Sequence record: PZ386960.1
From: a phage
Strand: one strand, 5' to 3'
Length of the DNA stretch: 39,643 nt
The translations under genes and the position numbers were made by a program. The notes under the pieces are model-generated. The model saw only the letters and a list, made by a program, of their open reading frames with translations. It was not told the DNA's origin and did no database searches. Below are positions 9,248 through 19,691 of this stretch, one piece after another (the stretch's first letter is position 1; each line of letters begins with the position of its first letter).

Positions 9248-9267
9248 TACGACTCACTATTGCGAAA
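9245..9267 (+). promoter_or_regulatory. Phage RNAP promoter (phi1.3-like, variant +2 C)
   Basis: TAATACGACTCACTATT-GCGAAA. Confidence 0.65.
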
Positions 9268-9269
9268 GA

Positions 9270-9312
9270 GTTAAACTAAAGGTCATCTTCACGGGTGGCC
9301 TTTGTGATTAAC
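9270..9312 (+). promoter_or_regulatory. RNase III processing site (R1.3-like)
   Basis: GTTAAACTAAAGGTCATCTTCACGGGTGGCCTTTGTGATTAAC. Confidence 0.6.
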
Positions 9313-9349
9313 TTTTGTTTACTTAATAACCAACAATAGGAGTTCCATC

Positions 9350-10381
9350 ATGGAAATCACATTCAAGACTAACCCTTTTAAAGCTGTATCCTACGTTGAG
9401 TCTGCCATTAAGAAAGCACTCGACAAAGCTGGCTACCTGATTGCTGACACTAAGCATGATGGTGTACGTGGTAACATCGTGGTTGACAATACGGCTGACT
9501 GCCTGTGGCTATCCCGTGTCTCTAAGACCATCCCCGCGCTTGAGCACCTTAATGGGTTCGACCAACGCTGGGCTAATGTTCTCAAAGATGACCGCTGGAT
9601 TTTCCCTGATGGCTTCATGCTGGATGGTGAATTGATGGTCAAAGGCGTAGACTTCAACACAGGGTCTGGCCTACTGCGTACCAAGTGGCTCAAGAAGACA
9701 AACTGTGAATTTGATATTGGTGGAGTAGAACCCCTCAAGGGGAGTAAAGTAGACTTCTGCTTAGACCCTAAGAAACTTAAGGTTGTACTGTATGCTGCTA
9801 TGCCGTATCACGATATGGTAGAAGGCAAAGAGTACGGCGTTATGTCACTCCTGATGCAAGAGCATGTGCGTTCCCTCATTCCTGTTCTTAGTGAACACTT
9901 CCCGGAAATCACTTGGGAACTATCTGAGGCCAAAGAAGTCTACGACATGGTAGAACTTCAGGAACTCTACGAGAAAGCCCGTGCTGAAGGTCATGAAGGT
10001 CTGGTCGTCAAAGACCCGCTGGAAGTCTACAAGCGTGGCAAGAAGTCTGGCTGGTGGAAGATGAAGCCTGAGAATGAAGCTGATGGTATTATCGTTGGTA
10101 TCAATTGGGGGACTAAAGGTCTCGCTAATGAAGGCAAAGTGATTGGCTTCGAGGTTCTCTTGGAGTCCGGTCGTGTAGTCTCTGCCAACAACATTAGTCA
10201 AGCGTTGATGGATGAGTTTACCGCTGCCGTAAAACATGCTGAGTCTGTGGGTATGGGTATGCCGTACACTGGCTTCGCCTGTCAGGTAGCCTACATGGAG
10301 GAAACTCCAGACGGTTCTCTGCGTCACCCATCGTTCGTTATGTTCCGTGGTGTAGAGTCAGACCCAACGGTCAAGATGTAA
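9350..10381 (+). CDS. gp1.3: ATP-dependent DNA ligase
   Basis: 343 aa; strong similarity to T7 ligase (KTNPFKAVSYVESAIKKALD, active-site K in TKHDGVRG, KSGWWKMKPENEADGII, SLRHPSFVMFRG). Confidence 0.95.
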   Translation: MEITFKTNPFKAVSYVESAIKKALDKAGYLIADTKHDGVRGNIVVDNTADCLWLSRVSKTIPALEHLNGFDQRWANVLKDDRWIFPDGFMLDGELMVKGVDFNTGSGLLRTKWLKKTNCEFDIGGVEPLKGSKVDFCLDPKKLKVVLYAAMPYHDMVEGKEYGVMSLLMQEHVRSLIPVLSEHFPEITWELSEAKEVYDMVELQELYEKARAEGHEGLVVKDPLEVYKRGKKSGWWKMKPENEADGIIVGINWGTKGLANEGKVIGFEVLLESGRVVSANNISQALMDEFTAAVKHAESVGMGMPYTGFACQVAYMEETPDGSLRHPSFVMFRGVESDPTVKM

Positions 10382-10394
10382 ATAAATCAATGGT

Positions 10395-10426
10395 CAGTCC
10401 TTAGCGGGGCTGGCCTTTTCGCGTTT
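10395..10426 (+). terminator. Early (host RNAP) intrinsic terminator, TE-like
   Basis: CAGTCC-TTAGCG-GGGCTG stem-loop followed by GCCTTTTCGCGTTT; tail resembles the T7 TE tail (GGCCTTTCTGCGTTT) and lies just after ligase. Confidence 0.6.
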
Positions 10427-10448
10427 CTATTAGACTCACTATGGAGGA
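10426..10448 (+). promoter_or_regulatory. Degenerate phage promoter-like element whose +1 region is GGAGG
   Basis: TTAGACTCACTAT-GGAGGAAC; core GACTCACTAT conserved, upstream part diverged. Confidence 0.4.
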
Positions 10449-10456
10449 ACAACCTC

Positions 10457-10537
10457 ATGCTATTTCTAATTGCTGCTGCTATCTTTGCCACGTTTGCCTT
10501 CGTTATCATTGACGACAACTGCTGGCCTGATTGCTAA
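10457..10537 (+). CDS. Hypothetical 26-aa hydrophobic peptide
   Basis: GGAGG 9 nt upstream; MLFLIAAAIFATFAFVIIDDNCWPDC; sits where T7 has small 1.4/1.5 genes. Confidence 0.35.
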   Translation: MLFLIAAAIFATFAFVIIDDNCWPDC

Positions 10538-10557
10538 TACGACTCACCTATGGAGGA
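10535..10557 (+). promoter_or_regulatory. Phage RNAP promoter variant (phi1.5/1.6-like)
   Basis: TAATACGACTCACCTAT-GGAGGAA. Confidence 0.55.
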
Positions 10558-10564
10558 AACACTT

Positions 10565-10828
10565 ATGTTACGACTACACTTCAACAAATCAAATGGCATC
10601 TTCTCTGCCCGTGGCGCTGACCGTTCAACCGTTCTGGCCTCTGAGAAACACGCAGTCATTCCTAAAGTGCTTGGCTCGACCATTGAGTTAGCACCTCGTG
10701 TTCACGCTGTAATCACCACTGGCTTATATAAAGAAGCGACCACTGGCTCCCGGCCTTTCATTCCGGTTCTCGTCACCCGTTTCCCTAAAGTCCGTCTGGT
10801 AATTGCGCGTATCAAGGAGGTGTTCTAA
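10565..10828 (+). CDS. gp1.6: Gene 1.6-like protein
   Basis: 87 aa (T7 gp1.6 is 88); GGAGG SD at 10552-10556; positional and length match only. Confidence 0.6.
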   Translation: MLRLHFNKSNGIFSARGADRSTVLASEKHAVIPKVLGSTIELAPRVHAVITTGLYKEATTGSRPFIPVLVTRFPKVRLVIARIKEVF

Positions 10829-11139
10829 TGGTCTGCATGGCATGTTTAGAGAATGATGACCGCTACCCACATACCTGTGAACCTGTAGCTAAACCACAAG
10901 ATATAGAGGGTGTTCGCAAGCCGAGCCACTATATGTTGTTTGATGATATTGAGGCTATCGAAGTGATTGCCCGGTCGATGACCCGTGAACAGTTCAAAGG
11001 TTACTGCTTAGGGAACATCCTGAAGTATCGCCTACGTGCTGGTAAGAAATCTGAACTGGCATTCTTAGAGAAGGACATGGCGAAAGCTGGGTTCTATGGT
11101 GAACTGTACGAGAAACATAAGGACAAGTGCTATGCTTAA
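10828..11139 (+). CDS. gp1.7: Gene 1.7-like protein (short form; T7 gp1.7 is a nucleotide kinase)
   Basis: 103 aa; translationally coupled (TAATG); position matches; half the length of T7 gp1.7, so function uncertain. Confidence 0.55.
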   Translation: MVCMACLENDDRYPHTCEPVAKPQDIEGVRKPSHYMLFDDIEAIEVIARSMTREQFKGYCLGNILKYRLRAGKKSELAFLEKDMAKAGFYGELYEKHKDKCYA

Positions 11140-11219
11140 TGACATCTTATGCTTCCTCTTAATTTGTGCTGGAATGGGCGCTTGCCTGTTCCTCATGTTT
11201 TGGGCTATAGAGGTGGAAT

Positions 11220-11318
11220 ATGGAAAAGCCTAGCGAATGGTGTGAGCGTATGTTTGAAAAGACAGGCAACACCGACTACCTTGAATTATATAATCACTGG
11301 AAGGAGAGAGGACAATGA
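11220..11318 (+). CDS. Gene 1.8-like small protein
   Basis: 32 aa; stop overlaps the gene 2 start (ATGA); positional equivalent of T7 1.8. Confidence 0.4.
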   Translation: MEKPSEWCERMFEKTGNTDYLELYNHWKERGQ

Positions 11319-11506
11319 GCACTCTGAATAAAGGGTCACTGGTAAACGGTGACAAGAAGTTCTTCGCAACGGTCGAAGGCCAAGGCCAATCGTTCGAAGT
11401 CCCTGTGTTCGCTGCGTCTCTTGAAGAGGCCAATGAGTTAGCTGAGTGGCAATACGTCCCTGCTGGCTTCGCTGTAACACGCATCCGTCCAGACCGTAAG
11501 GTTTAA
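11315..11506 (+). CDS. gp2: Inhibitor of host RNA polymerase
   Basis: 63 aa; [53 protein letters not shown] closely matches T7 Gp2. Confidence 0.92.
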   Translation: MSTLNKGSLVNGDKKFFATVEGQGQSFEVPVFAASLEEANELAEWQYVPAGFAVTRIRPDRKV

Positions 11507-11526
11507 TAGGACTCACTAATGGGAGA
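11504..11526 (+). promoter_or_regulatory. Phage RNAP promoter (phi2.5-like)
   Basis: TAATAGGACTCACTAAT-GGGAGAC followed by a 5' stem-loop. Confidence 0.8.
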
Positions 11527-11574
11527 CACTAACGTTTCCCGCTTTTAACTTTCAGAAACTAAAGGAGAATCATT

Positions 11575-12273
11575 ATGGCATTCGCAAAACGTAAAGTATT
11601 CACTTCCGCTCGTGGTGTTGCTGAACCGTACTGCTATCTGGCAAAGCCGGACTTCGGTAGCGGTGACTTCAAGAACGAACGTGGTGTCTACAAAGTATCA
11701 CTGACTGTATCCAACGACGACCCGCGCTGTCAGAAAATGATTGACGAGATTGTCGAAGCCCATGAGACGGACTATGCTGCTCGACTCGAAGAGTACGAAG
11801 CGAACCCGCCGAAAGTTGTCAAGGGTAAGAAACCGCTGAAGCCATATGTTGGCGACATGCCTTTCATGGATAACGAAGATGGAACCACTACGTTCAACTT
11901 CAAGTGCTACGGCTCGTTCACTGACAAGAAGACTGGTGAGAACAAACCAATCGACTTGGCTATCGTGGACTCCAAGGGCAAGCGCATTCGTGGTGAACGT
12001 CCAGCTATCTCTGGTGGCTCTGAACTGAAAATCAAATACACCCTGTTCCCTTACGGTTGGTCTGCTGTAGCAGGTGCTTCCGTTAAGCTGCAACTGGATT
12101 CTGTGATGCTGATTAAGCTGGTCGAGTTCGGTGGTGGTGATGACGATTGGTCAGATGAAATCGAAGAAGATGGCTACGAAGCTGATGAAGCACAGACCCG
12201 CAAGCCGCAGAACGACTCTGGCTGGGATGAAGAACCAGAAGAGGATGATGAAGACGAAGATGGTGACTTCTAA
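11575..12273 (+). CDS. gp2.5: Single-stranded DNA-binding protein
   Basis: 232 aa (same as T7); FTSARGVAEPYCYLAKPD, PRCQKMIDEIV, acidic C-terminal tail ending DEDGDF. Confidence 0.95.
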   Translation: MAFAKRKVFTSARGVAEPYCYLAKPDFGSGDFKNERGVYKVSLTVSNDDPRCQKMIDEIVEAHETDYAARLEEYEANPPKVVKGKKPLKPYVGDMPFMDNEDGTTTFNFKCYGSFTDKKTGENKPIDLAIVDSKGKRIRGERPAISGGSELKIKYTLFPYGWSAVAGASVKLQLDSVMLIKLVEFGGGDDDWSDEIEEDGYEADEAQTRKPQNDSGWDEEPEEDDEDEDGDF

Positions 12274-12726
12274 ATGACACTTAAGGAGAAACTGGAGGCT
12301 TACTCTAAAGTATCTCCTACTGGCTGCTGGGAGTGGCAACGCTCTCGGCTACCTTCTGGCTATGGACTCATATCTATAGGACACCAGAAGCAAGCATACA
12401 CACACCGAGTGTCTTACCAAGAGTTTCATGGAGAAATTCCTGAGGGTCTTGTTGTTAGACATAAATGTGATAACCCTTGTTGTTGTAACCCTGAACATCT
12501 TGAGGTTGGTACTCACAAAGATAACATGCAGGACTGCAAGAAACGAGGACGCATGGTGATGCCGCCAGTACATGTAGGAGAAGCTAATCACAAGACTAAG
12601 CTGACCGAGAGTGACGTCGAGTTCATTCTGAAATCTGATAAGACGCTAAAGGAACTTGCTGAGATGTTCGGAGTTACTCCACAAGCAATACGTTGGAGGA
12701 AGAGTCATGGCAGGTTACGGCGCTAA
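12274..12726 (+). CDS. HNH homing endonuclease-like protein
   Basis: 150 aa; HKCDNPCCCNPEHLEVGTHKDNMQD HNH/zinc motif; ATG overlaps the 2.5 stop; 3' end overlaps the gene 3 start by 20 nt. Confidence 0.8.
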   Translation: MTLKEKLEAYSKVSPTGCWEWQRSRLPSGYGLISIGHQKQAYTHRVSYQEFHGEIPEGLVVRHKCDNPCCCNPEHLEVGTHKDNMQDCKKRGRMVMPPVHVGEANHKTKLTESDVEFILKSDKTLKELAEMFGVTPQAIRWRKSHGRLRR

Positions 12727-13156
12727 AGGAATCAAGAAGGTAGGCATCTACCGAAGTGGGCTTGAAGAGAAGAACATGAAACTCTTAGAGTCAAAGGGTG
12801 TTAAAGCTGAGTACGAAATGTGGAGAGTACCTTATGTGGTTCCCGCAAGTAATCATCATTACACACCAGACATTTTATTACCTAACGGTATCTTTGTGGA
12901 GACTAAAGGCTTATGGGAAAGTGACGACCGCAAGAAACACTTGCTGATTCGTGAACAGTATCCTGAACTGGACATCCGTCTGGTCTTTTCAAGCAGTCGC
13001 ACCAAGATTTACAAGGGGTCGCCGACAAGCTACGCTGAATACTGTGAGAAGCACGGCATCTTATTTGCTGATAAGCTGATTCCAGTAGAGTGGCTTAAGG
13101 AAGCACCCCGGTCTGTACCGTTTGATAAACTAAAGACCAAGAAGGAGAAGAAATAA
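12707..13156 (+). CDS. gp3: Endonuclease I (Holliday junction resolvase)
   Basis: 149 aa from MAGYGAKG; GGAGGA SD; PDxxLPNGIFVETKGLWESDDRKKHLLIREQ matches T7 gp3. The listed ORF is an N-terminally extended version. Confidence 0.92.
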   Translation: MAGYGAKGIKKVGIYRSGLEEKNMKLLESKGVKAEYEMWRVPYVVPASNHHYTPDILLPNGIFVETKGLWESDDRKKHLLIREQYPELDIRLVFSSSRTKIYKGSPTSYAEYCEKHGILFADKLIPVEWLKEAPRSVPFDKLKTKKEKK

Positions 13157-13611
13157 TGCCAAAGGTACAATTCAAACCAAGAACTTCTACAGAAGCAATC
13201 TTTGTACACTGTAGTGCTACCAAAGCAACAATGAACATTGGTGTTCGTGAGATTAGTCAGTGGCACAAGGAACAGGGGTGGTTAGCAATTGGCTATCATT
13301 TTGTTATTCGCCGTGATGGTACAATCGAAGAAGGCCGTCCGGTCGATGTCGTTGGGTCTCACGTTAAGGACTGGAACAGTAAGTCAGTCGGTGTGTGCCT
13401 CGTTGGTGGTATCGACGATAAGGGCAGACACGAAGCTAACTTTACGCCAGCACAGATGCACTCTCTTAAAGAGAAACTGGCAGACCTGAAAGACCTGTAC
13501 CCGGATGCAGAAATCAAAGCACACCACGATGTGGCCCCTAAAGCGTGTCCAAGTTTTAACTTGAGTCGCTGGCTGAAGACTGGTGAATTAGTAACAAGCG
13601 ATTGGGGTTAA
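13156..13611 (+). CDS. gp3.5: Lysozyme / N-acetylmuramoyl-L-alanine amidase (RNAP inhibitor)
   Basis: 151 aa, same length as T7 lysozyme; FVHCSATK, GYHFVIRRDG, AHHDVAPKACPSF. Confidence 0.95.
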   Translation: MPKVQFKPRTSTEAIFVHCSATKATMNIGVREISQWHKEQGWLAIGYHFVIRRDGTIEEGRPVDVVGSHVKDWNSKSVGVCLVGGIDDKGRHEANFTPAQMHSLKEKLADLKDLYPDAEIKAHHDVAPKACPSFNLSRWLKTGELVTSDWG

Positions 13612-13631
13612 TAGAACTCACTATGGGAGGA
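13609..13631 (+). promoter_or_regulatory. Phage RNAP promoter (phi3.8-like)
   Basis: TAATAGAACTCACTAT-GGGAGG followed by the hairpin GGGAGGACCGAAAGGTTTCTCCC. Confidence 0.7.
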
Positions 13632-13681
13632 CCGAAAGGTTTCTCCCTTTGTTCGCTAAAATTGTATAAGGAGTAACCACT

Positions 13682-15485
<1,804 letters not shown>

Positions 15486-15541
15486 GTGCTTGACTCCAGA
15501 ACAGGAGTACACTTATGGTCACTGGAATAAAGATGGTAAAT

Positions 15542-15564
15542 AAATACAACTCACTAATGGGACA
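15542..15564 (+). promoter_or_regulatory. Phage RNAP promoter (phi4.3-like)
   Basis: AAATACAACTCACTAAT-GGGACAG followed by the hairpin GGGACAGACACTCTGTTCCC. Confidence 0.7.
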
Positions 15565-15607
15565 GACACTCTGTTCCCACTTATCAATCCACTTAAGGAG
15601 AATCACA

Positions 15608-15820
15608 ATGTTTAAATTCATCAACACTCTTGGTAAGCTGGTAGTTAAAATGTACTTCCTTGAAGCTAAACGTCTGAACGACAAGGCACGTAAGGATGCA
15701 GAACAGGCTCAACGCTTGGCGAAACAGGCGCGTCTACTGTCTGAAGATGCAAGTGCTGGCGTTACGTCTGCTGCTAAGATTGCAGCGAAAGCAACAGACC
15801 TGAACAAGTTCTTCCTGTGA
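15608..15820 (+). CDS. gp4.3: Gene 4.3-like protein
   Basis: 70 aa (same as T7 gp4.3); AAGGAG SD; MFKFINTLGKLVVKMYFLEAKRLND resembles T7 4.3. Confidence 0.75.
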   Translation: MFKFINTLGKLVVKMYFLEAKRLNDKARKDAEQAQRLAKQARLLSEDASAGVTSAAKIAAKATDLNKFFL

Positions 15821-15999
15821 TGGTTACGATAACCCTTGTGCTCACTCTGATAACTGTGAGCGGACAAACAATAAGTCAAGTCCCTATCACGGCACCGAAG
15901 GCTGAGGCATACGAGATATGTGAACAGCAAGGGCGCTCATGGTCTAAGGACTTGATGAAGAACGGCAGGGTTTTCACTGCCAACTATAACTGTATCTAA
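15820..15999 (+). CDS. Hypothetical small protein with hydrophobic N-terminus
   Basis: 59 aa from the first ATG; coupled to the 4.3 stop (TGATG); no strong SD. Confidence 0.3.
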   Translation: MVTITLVLTLITVSGQTISQVPITAPKAEAYEICEQQGRSWSKDLMKNGRVFTANYNCI

Positions 16000-16013
16000 T
16001 AGGAGTACACAAC

Positions 16014-16316
16014 ATGGCTATTAAATTCCCCGGCAACACAATCCGTCTGTCAGACACCATCGACCAGTATGCCCGTCGAGTGCACATCAACGTCCGCAAC
16101 GGAAAGGTAACTCTGGTCTACCGTTGGAAGGACAGTAAGTCAACCAAGGCGCACACACAGCGTGTGACTCTGGATGACACACAGGCAGGTCGTCTACTGG
16201 CCTCCGTTGCTGTAGCCGCTACTGTGGCTGTAGGTGAGGACAATGTTCGTCAGGTTCTGCTGGGTAAAGCCGTGGAGTCTGAGGGCAACATGCTTGCTGA
16301 CAAGTGTGAAGAGTAA
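16014..16316 (+). CDS. gp4.5: Gene 4.5-like protein
   Basis: 100 aa; AGGAG SD; TIRLSDTIDQYARRVHINVRNGKVTLVYRWKDSKS resembles T7 gp4.5 as recalled. Confidence 0.7.
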   Translation: MAIKFPGNTIRLSDTIDQYARRVHINVRNGKVTLVYRWKDSKSTKAHTQRVTLDDTQAGRLLASVAVAATVAVGEDNVRQVLLGKAVESEGNMLADKCEE

Positions 16317-16318
16317 GA

Positions 16319-16361
16319 GTTAAACTAAAGGTCATCTTAACGGGTGGCCTTCGTGATTAAC
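16319..16361 (+). promoter_or_regulatory. RNase III processing site (R4.7-like)
   Basis: GTTAAACTAAAGGTCATCTTAACGGGTGGCCTTCGTGATTAAC; third copy of the conserved element. Confidence 0.6.
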
Positions 16362-16374
16362 TTTTGTATGAAAT

Positions 16375-16397
16375 CTATTCAACTCACTAATGGGAGA
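16375..16397 (+). promoter_or_regulatory. Phage RNAP promoter (phi4.7-like; diverged upstream half)
   Basis: CTATTCAACTCACTAAT-GGGAGAA. Confidence 0.55.
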
Positions 16398-16405
16398 ACA
16401 ATACT

Positions 16406-16822
16406 ATGCGTAATCGTAATGTAATCGAAGCTGAAATCACTAAACTGGAAGCTGAACTGGCAGATGTTAAAGAGTATGAATGTGCTCGTGACTCTGCTGT
16501 CCACATCCTGAAGAACTTAGGGTGGACACGCAAGTACGGCAAGTGGGTCAAACCAGTAGCCAAGTGTGGTAGAGTTGGTATGCAGACTTTCGACGCAGAC
16601 AAGATGACCCACATTAAGGCTGGGGACTTCTGCACCTCCACCAGCAACGCAGACATTTGGTATGTCCGTAAGGTCGAAGGGACAGACATTTGGTGCTCCC
16701 GTGTGACTCGCATTGATGCAATGGGTACAGTCGCTGGGATTCAGTACCACAAGATGAACCACAAGAACCTGCGTGTGGTTGACCCTAAGAACTTCATGGG
16801 ATACCGCAAATCTACATTTTAA
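16406..16822 (+). CDS. gp4.7: Gene 4.7-like protein
   Basis: 138 aa (T7 gp4.7 is 135); positional match. Confidence 0.65.
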   Translation: MRNRNVIEAEITKLEAELADVKEYECARDSAVHILKNLGWTRKYGKWVKPVAKCGRVGMQTFDADKMTHIKAGDFCTSTSNADIWYVRKVEGTDIWCSRVTRIDAMGTVAGIQYHKMNHKNLRVVDPKNFMGYRKSTF

Positions 16823-16834
16823 GGAGTAAACACA

Positions 16835-18949
16835 ATGTTACTATCCGACATCGAAACAAACGGGTTGCTGCACAACGTTAGTCAATTTCACTGTGCGGTG
16901 ACTTACGACTACACAACTGACCAGTACATCCGTTACCGACCTGATGACTTTGGGGCGTACATTGATGCGCTCGAAGCTGAGGTTGCGCGTGGTGGTCTCA
17001 TTGTGTTCCACAACGGTCACAAGTATGACATCCCGGTAATCGAGTTGCTCGCCAAGAAACTGTTAGGACGTGACGTTAAGTTCCCGAAAGAGAACGTCTT
17101 GGACACCTTAGTGATGTCACGCTTGATTTACTCTAACATCAAAGACACCGATGCTGGTCTGCTACGTTCTGGCAAGCTGCCGGGTAAACGTTTTGGTTCC
17201 CACGCTCTGGAGGCTTGGGGTTATCGCTTAGGCGAAATGAAGGGTGAGTACAAGGACGACTTCAAGGCTTCACTGGCTGAGTCTGGTGAAGAATATGTTG
17301 ATGGGATGGAGTGGTTGCTGTTCAACGAAGACATGATGGAATATAACGTTCAAGACGTTGTAGTAACCAAGGCTCTCTTCGAGAAACTCTGTAGTAACAC
17401 TTTCTACTTCCCTAACGAGACACCCGCTGGAAGCACAGAAGCAGACCGTTTCTGGAATGGTAGCCTTGAGGCTGTCAAACTGGAACACGATGCTGCATGG
17501 TTGTTAGCCAAGATGGAACGTAACGGTTTCCCTATTGACATCAAGTCCTTAGAGAACCTGTACGCAGAACTCGCTGGTAGACGTGGTGAGCTACTCGTAG
17601 AGTTAACCAATACGTTTGGCTCATGGTACTCCGCTAAGGGTGGTACTGAAGCATTCAGGCATCCTCGTACCGGAAAGCCGCTCACCAAGTATCCTCGTGT
17701 GAAGTACCCGAAACAGGGTGGCATCTTTAAGAAGCCTAAGAACAAGAAGCAACGTGAAGGCTTAGAGCCGTGCGAGTTGGACACTCGTGATTATGTAGAG
17801 GGTGCTCCGTATACTCCGGTTGAGCACGTTGTGTTTAACCCCGCTAGTCGTGACCACATCACTCGTGTGCTTACCAAAGCTGGCTGGGTGCCCGTTGAGT
17901 TCACTCCGAGTGGTGCACCAAAGGTAGACGATGAGGTCTTAGAGCACGTTAAGGTAGACGACCCTGATGCACAGCGTTGTATTGAGTTGATTAAAGAATA
18001 CCTTATGATTCAGAAACGTATCGGTCAGGTTGCTGAGGGTGATAACGGCTGGCTCCGAATGATTGGAGAAGACGGTCGTATTCACGGAAGCGTTAACCCG
18101 AACGGTGCGGTAACTGGTCGTGCAACTCATAGTTTCCCTAACGTGGCACAGGTGCCTTCAATCCGTGCTGCATATGGCGAACCTTGCCGTGCTGCTTTCG
18201 GTGCTGAGCACAACATGAAAGATGGTAAGCCAGACCCTTGGATTCAAGTTGGTGTGGATGCGTCCGGCCTTGAGCTACGCTGCTTGGGTCACTTCATGTA
18301 TCGCTATGATGAGGGTGAGTACGTTGAGACCATCCTAACTGGTGACATCCATACGAAGAACCAATTGGCTGCGGGTCTACCAACTCGTGACAACGCTAAG
18401 ACATTTATCTATGGGTTCCTCTATGGTGCTGGCGCTGCAAAGATAGGACAGATTGTTGGTGGTACTGCCGAAGATGGTAAGCGACTCATCAAGAACTTCC
18501 TTGAGCAAACTCCGGCTATCGCTGCACTACGTGAAGCAATCACAGGGACACTCGTCAAGGACTCTAAGTGGGTTGGTGGTGAACAGAAAGTAACTTGGAA
18601 GCGCCGTTGGGTCCGTGGCTTGGATGGTCGTAAAGTCCACGTCCGTAGTCCTCACGCTGCGTTGAACACCTTGTTGCAGTCTGCTGGTGCTCTTATTTGT
18701 AAACTGTGGATTGTCGAGACTGAACGTCTGTTACTGGAAGCTGGCCTGAAGCATGGCTGGGATGGTGACTTTGCGTACATGGCTTGGGTTCACGATGAAA
18801 TTCAGGTCGCTGCAAGGACTCAAGAGATTGCCGATAAGATTGTCGAGTTGGCACAGCAAGCAATGCGTAATGTGGGAGACCACTTTAACTTTAGATGTCA
18901 GTTAGATACCGAAGGTAAGACTGGCGCAAACTGGAAGGATTGTCACTAA
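16835..18949 (+). CDS. gp5: DNA polymerase (family A) with 3'-5' exonuclease
   Basis: 704 aa, same as T7 DNAP; colinear including the thioredoxin-binding insert (HPRTGKPLTKYPRVKYPKQGGIFKKPKNKKQREG) and the C-terminal DEIQV region. Confidence 0.98.
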   Translation: MLLSDIETNGLLHNVSQFHCAVTYDYTTDQYIRYRPDDFGAYIDALEAEVARGGLIVFHNGHKYDIPVIELLAKKLLGRDVKFPKENVLDTLVMSRLIYSNIKDTDAGLLRSGKLPGKRFGSHALEAWGYRLGEMKGEYKDDFKASLAESGEEYVDGMEWLLFNEDMMEYNVQDVVVTKALFEKLCSNTFYFPNETPAGSTEADRFWNGSLEAVKLEHDAAWLLAKMERNGFPIDIKSLENLYAELAGRRGELLVELTNTFGSWYSAKGGTEAFRHPRTGKPLTKYPRVKYPKQGGIFKKPKNKKQREGLEPCELDTRDYVEGAPYTPVEHVVFNPASRDHITRVLTKAGWVPVEFTPSGAPKVDDEVLEHVKVDDPDAQRCIELIKEYLMIQKRIGQVAEGDNGWLRMIGEDGRIHGSVNPNGAVTGRATHSFPNVAQVPSIRAAYGEPCRAAFGAEHNMKDGKPDPWIQVGVDASGLELRCLGHFMYRYDEGEYVETILTGDIHTKNQLAAGLPTRDNAKTFIYGFLYGAGAAKIGQIVGGTAEDGKRLIKNFLEQTPAIAALREAITGTLVKDSKWVGGEQKVTWKRRWVRGLDGRKVHVRSPHAALNTLLQSAGALICKLWIVETERLLLEAGLKHGWDGDFAYMAWVHDEIQVAARTQEIADKIVELAQQAMRNVGDHFNFRCQLDTEGKTGANWKDCH

Positions 18950-19176
18950 TGGCTTGGAGATACAGAATACGGGAGGTGAGGCTCACTACAGGTGAGACCT
19001 TATACTACCCTCAATTTCGACACGAGTGGTTTCCATTCTGGTGCCACTTCAGGGACTACCCCGATGAGCAGAAGGTGTCGTTCACGTTCTACAGTGAAGC
19101 ATTAGAGTTTGTCAACGAATCTAAATCAAACGATGAACCTGAAGTGAAACAGGTCGTCAGAAACCACTACCTATAG
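18949..19176 (+). CDS. Hypothetical protein (gene 5.3 position)
   Basis: 75 aa from the ATG overlapping the gene 5 stop; GGAAGGA upstream; aromatic-rich. Confidence 0.45.
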   Translation: MAWRYRIREVRLTTGETLYYPQFRHEWFPFWCHFRDYPDEQKVSFTFYSEALEFVNESKSNDEPEVKQVVRNHYL

Positions 19177-19188
19177 GAGACACATATC

Positions 19189-19482
19189 ATGGCTATTACT
19201 AAACGCTTTAAAGTATCATTCGAAATGACCGTTAAGGTTGACTCTGAGACTGAAGTTATGATTCAGGAACGTATCTTAGACTTGGCTCGCAGTGTACGTG
19301 ATGGCGAGAAAGTTAGCGCACAGGACAAAGAGTTACTCGTACAGGCTCTTACTCATGGTGCCGATGGTGTTGTTGCCTTTGCTGTTAAGCAGGGCATTCG
19401 TAATGAAATCCGTGAGATGGGCATTGAGCACCACGGTGAAGGCATCAAGTTCGCACCAGCAACTATCCGTGAGGTGAAGTAA
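19189..19482 (+). CDS. gp5.5: Gene 5.5 protein (H-NS-binding in T7)
   Basis: 97 aa; MAITKRFKVSFEMTVK...PATIREV resembles T7 gp5.5. Confidence 0.8.
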   Translation: MAITKRFKVSFEMTVKVDSETEVMIQERILDLARSVRDGEKVSAQDKELLVQALTHGADGVVAFAVKQGIRNEIREMGIEHHGEGIKFAPATIREVK

Positions 19483-19691
19483 TGGGTGAATATCTTCGTG
19501 TACTGGCGGCTATCAAAAGCTGCCCTAAGACCTTTCAGTCGAACTATGTGCGCAACAATGCGTCACTGGTGGCTGAGGCTGCGAGTCGAGGTCACATATC
19601 GTGCCTATCAGTTGATGGGCGTAATGCTGGCTCTTGGGAAGTAACAGGCGCTGGCGTCCGATTCCTGAAGAAGATGGGAGGTTGCGTATGA
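19482..19691 (+). CDS. gp5.7: Gene 5.7 protein
   Basis: 69 aa; LRVLAAIKSCPKTFQSNYVRNNASLVAEAASRGHISCL is near-identical to T7 gp5.7. Confidence 0.9.
   Translation: MGEYLRVLAAIKSCPKTFQSNYVRNNASLVAEAASRGHISCLSVDGRNAGSWEVTGAGVRFLKKMGGCV

Noticed and set aside
11132-11233. 33-aa hydrophobic ORF starting inside the last codons of gene 1.7
   Set aside because: No SD and very short; the alternative frame (11149..11331 in the track) is also unsupported. The coupled 32-aa ORF 11220..11318 is preferred as the 1.8 analogue.
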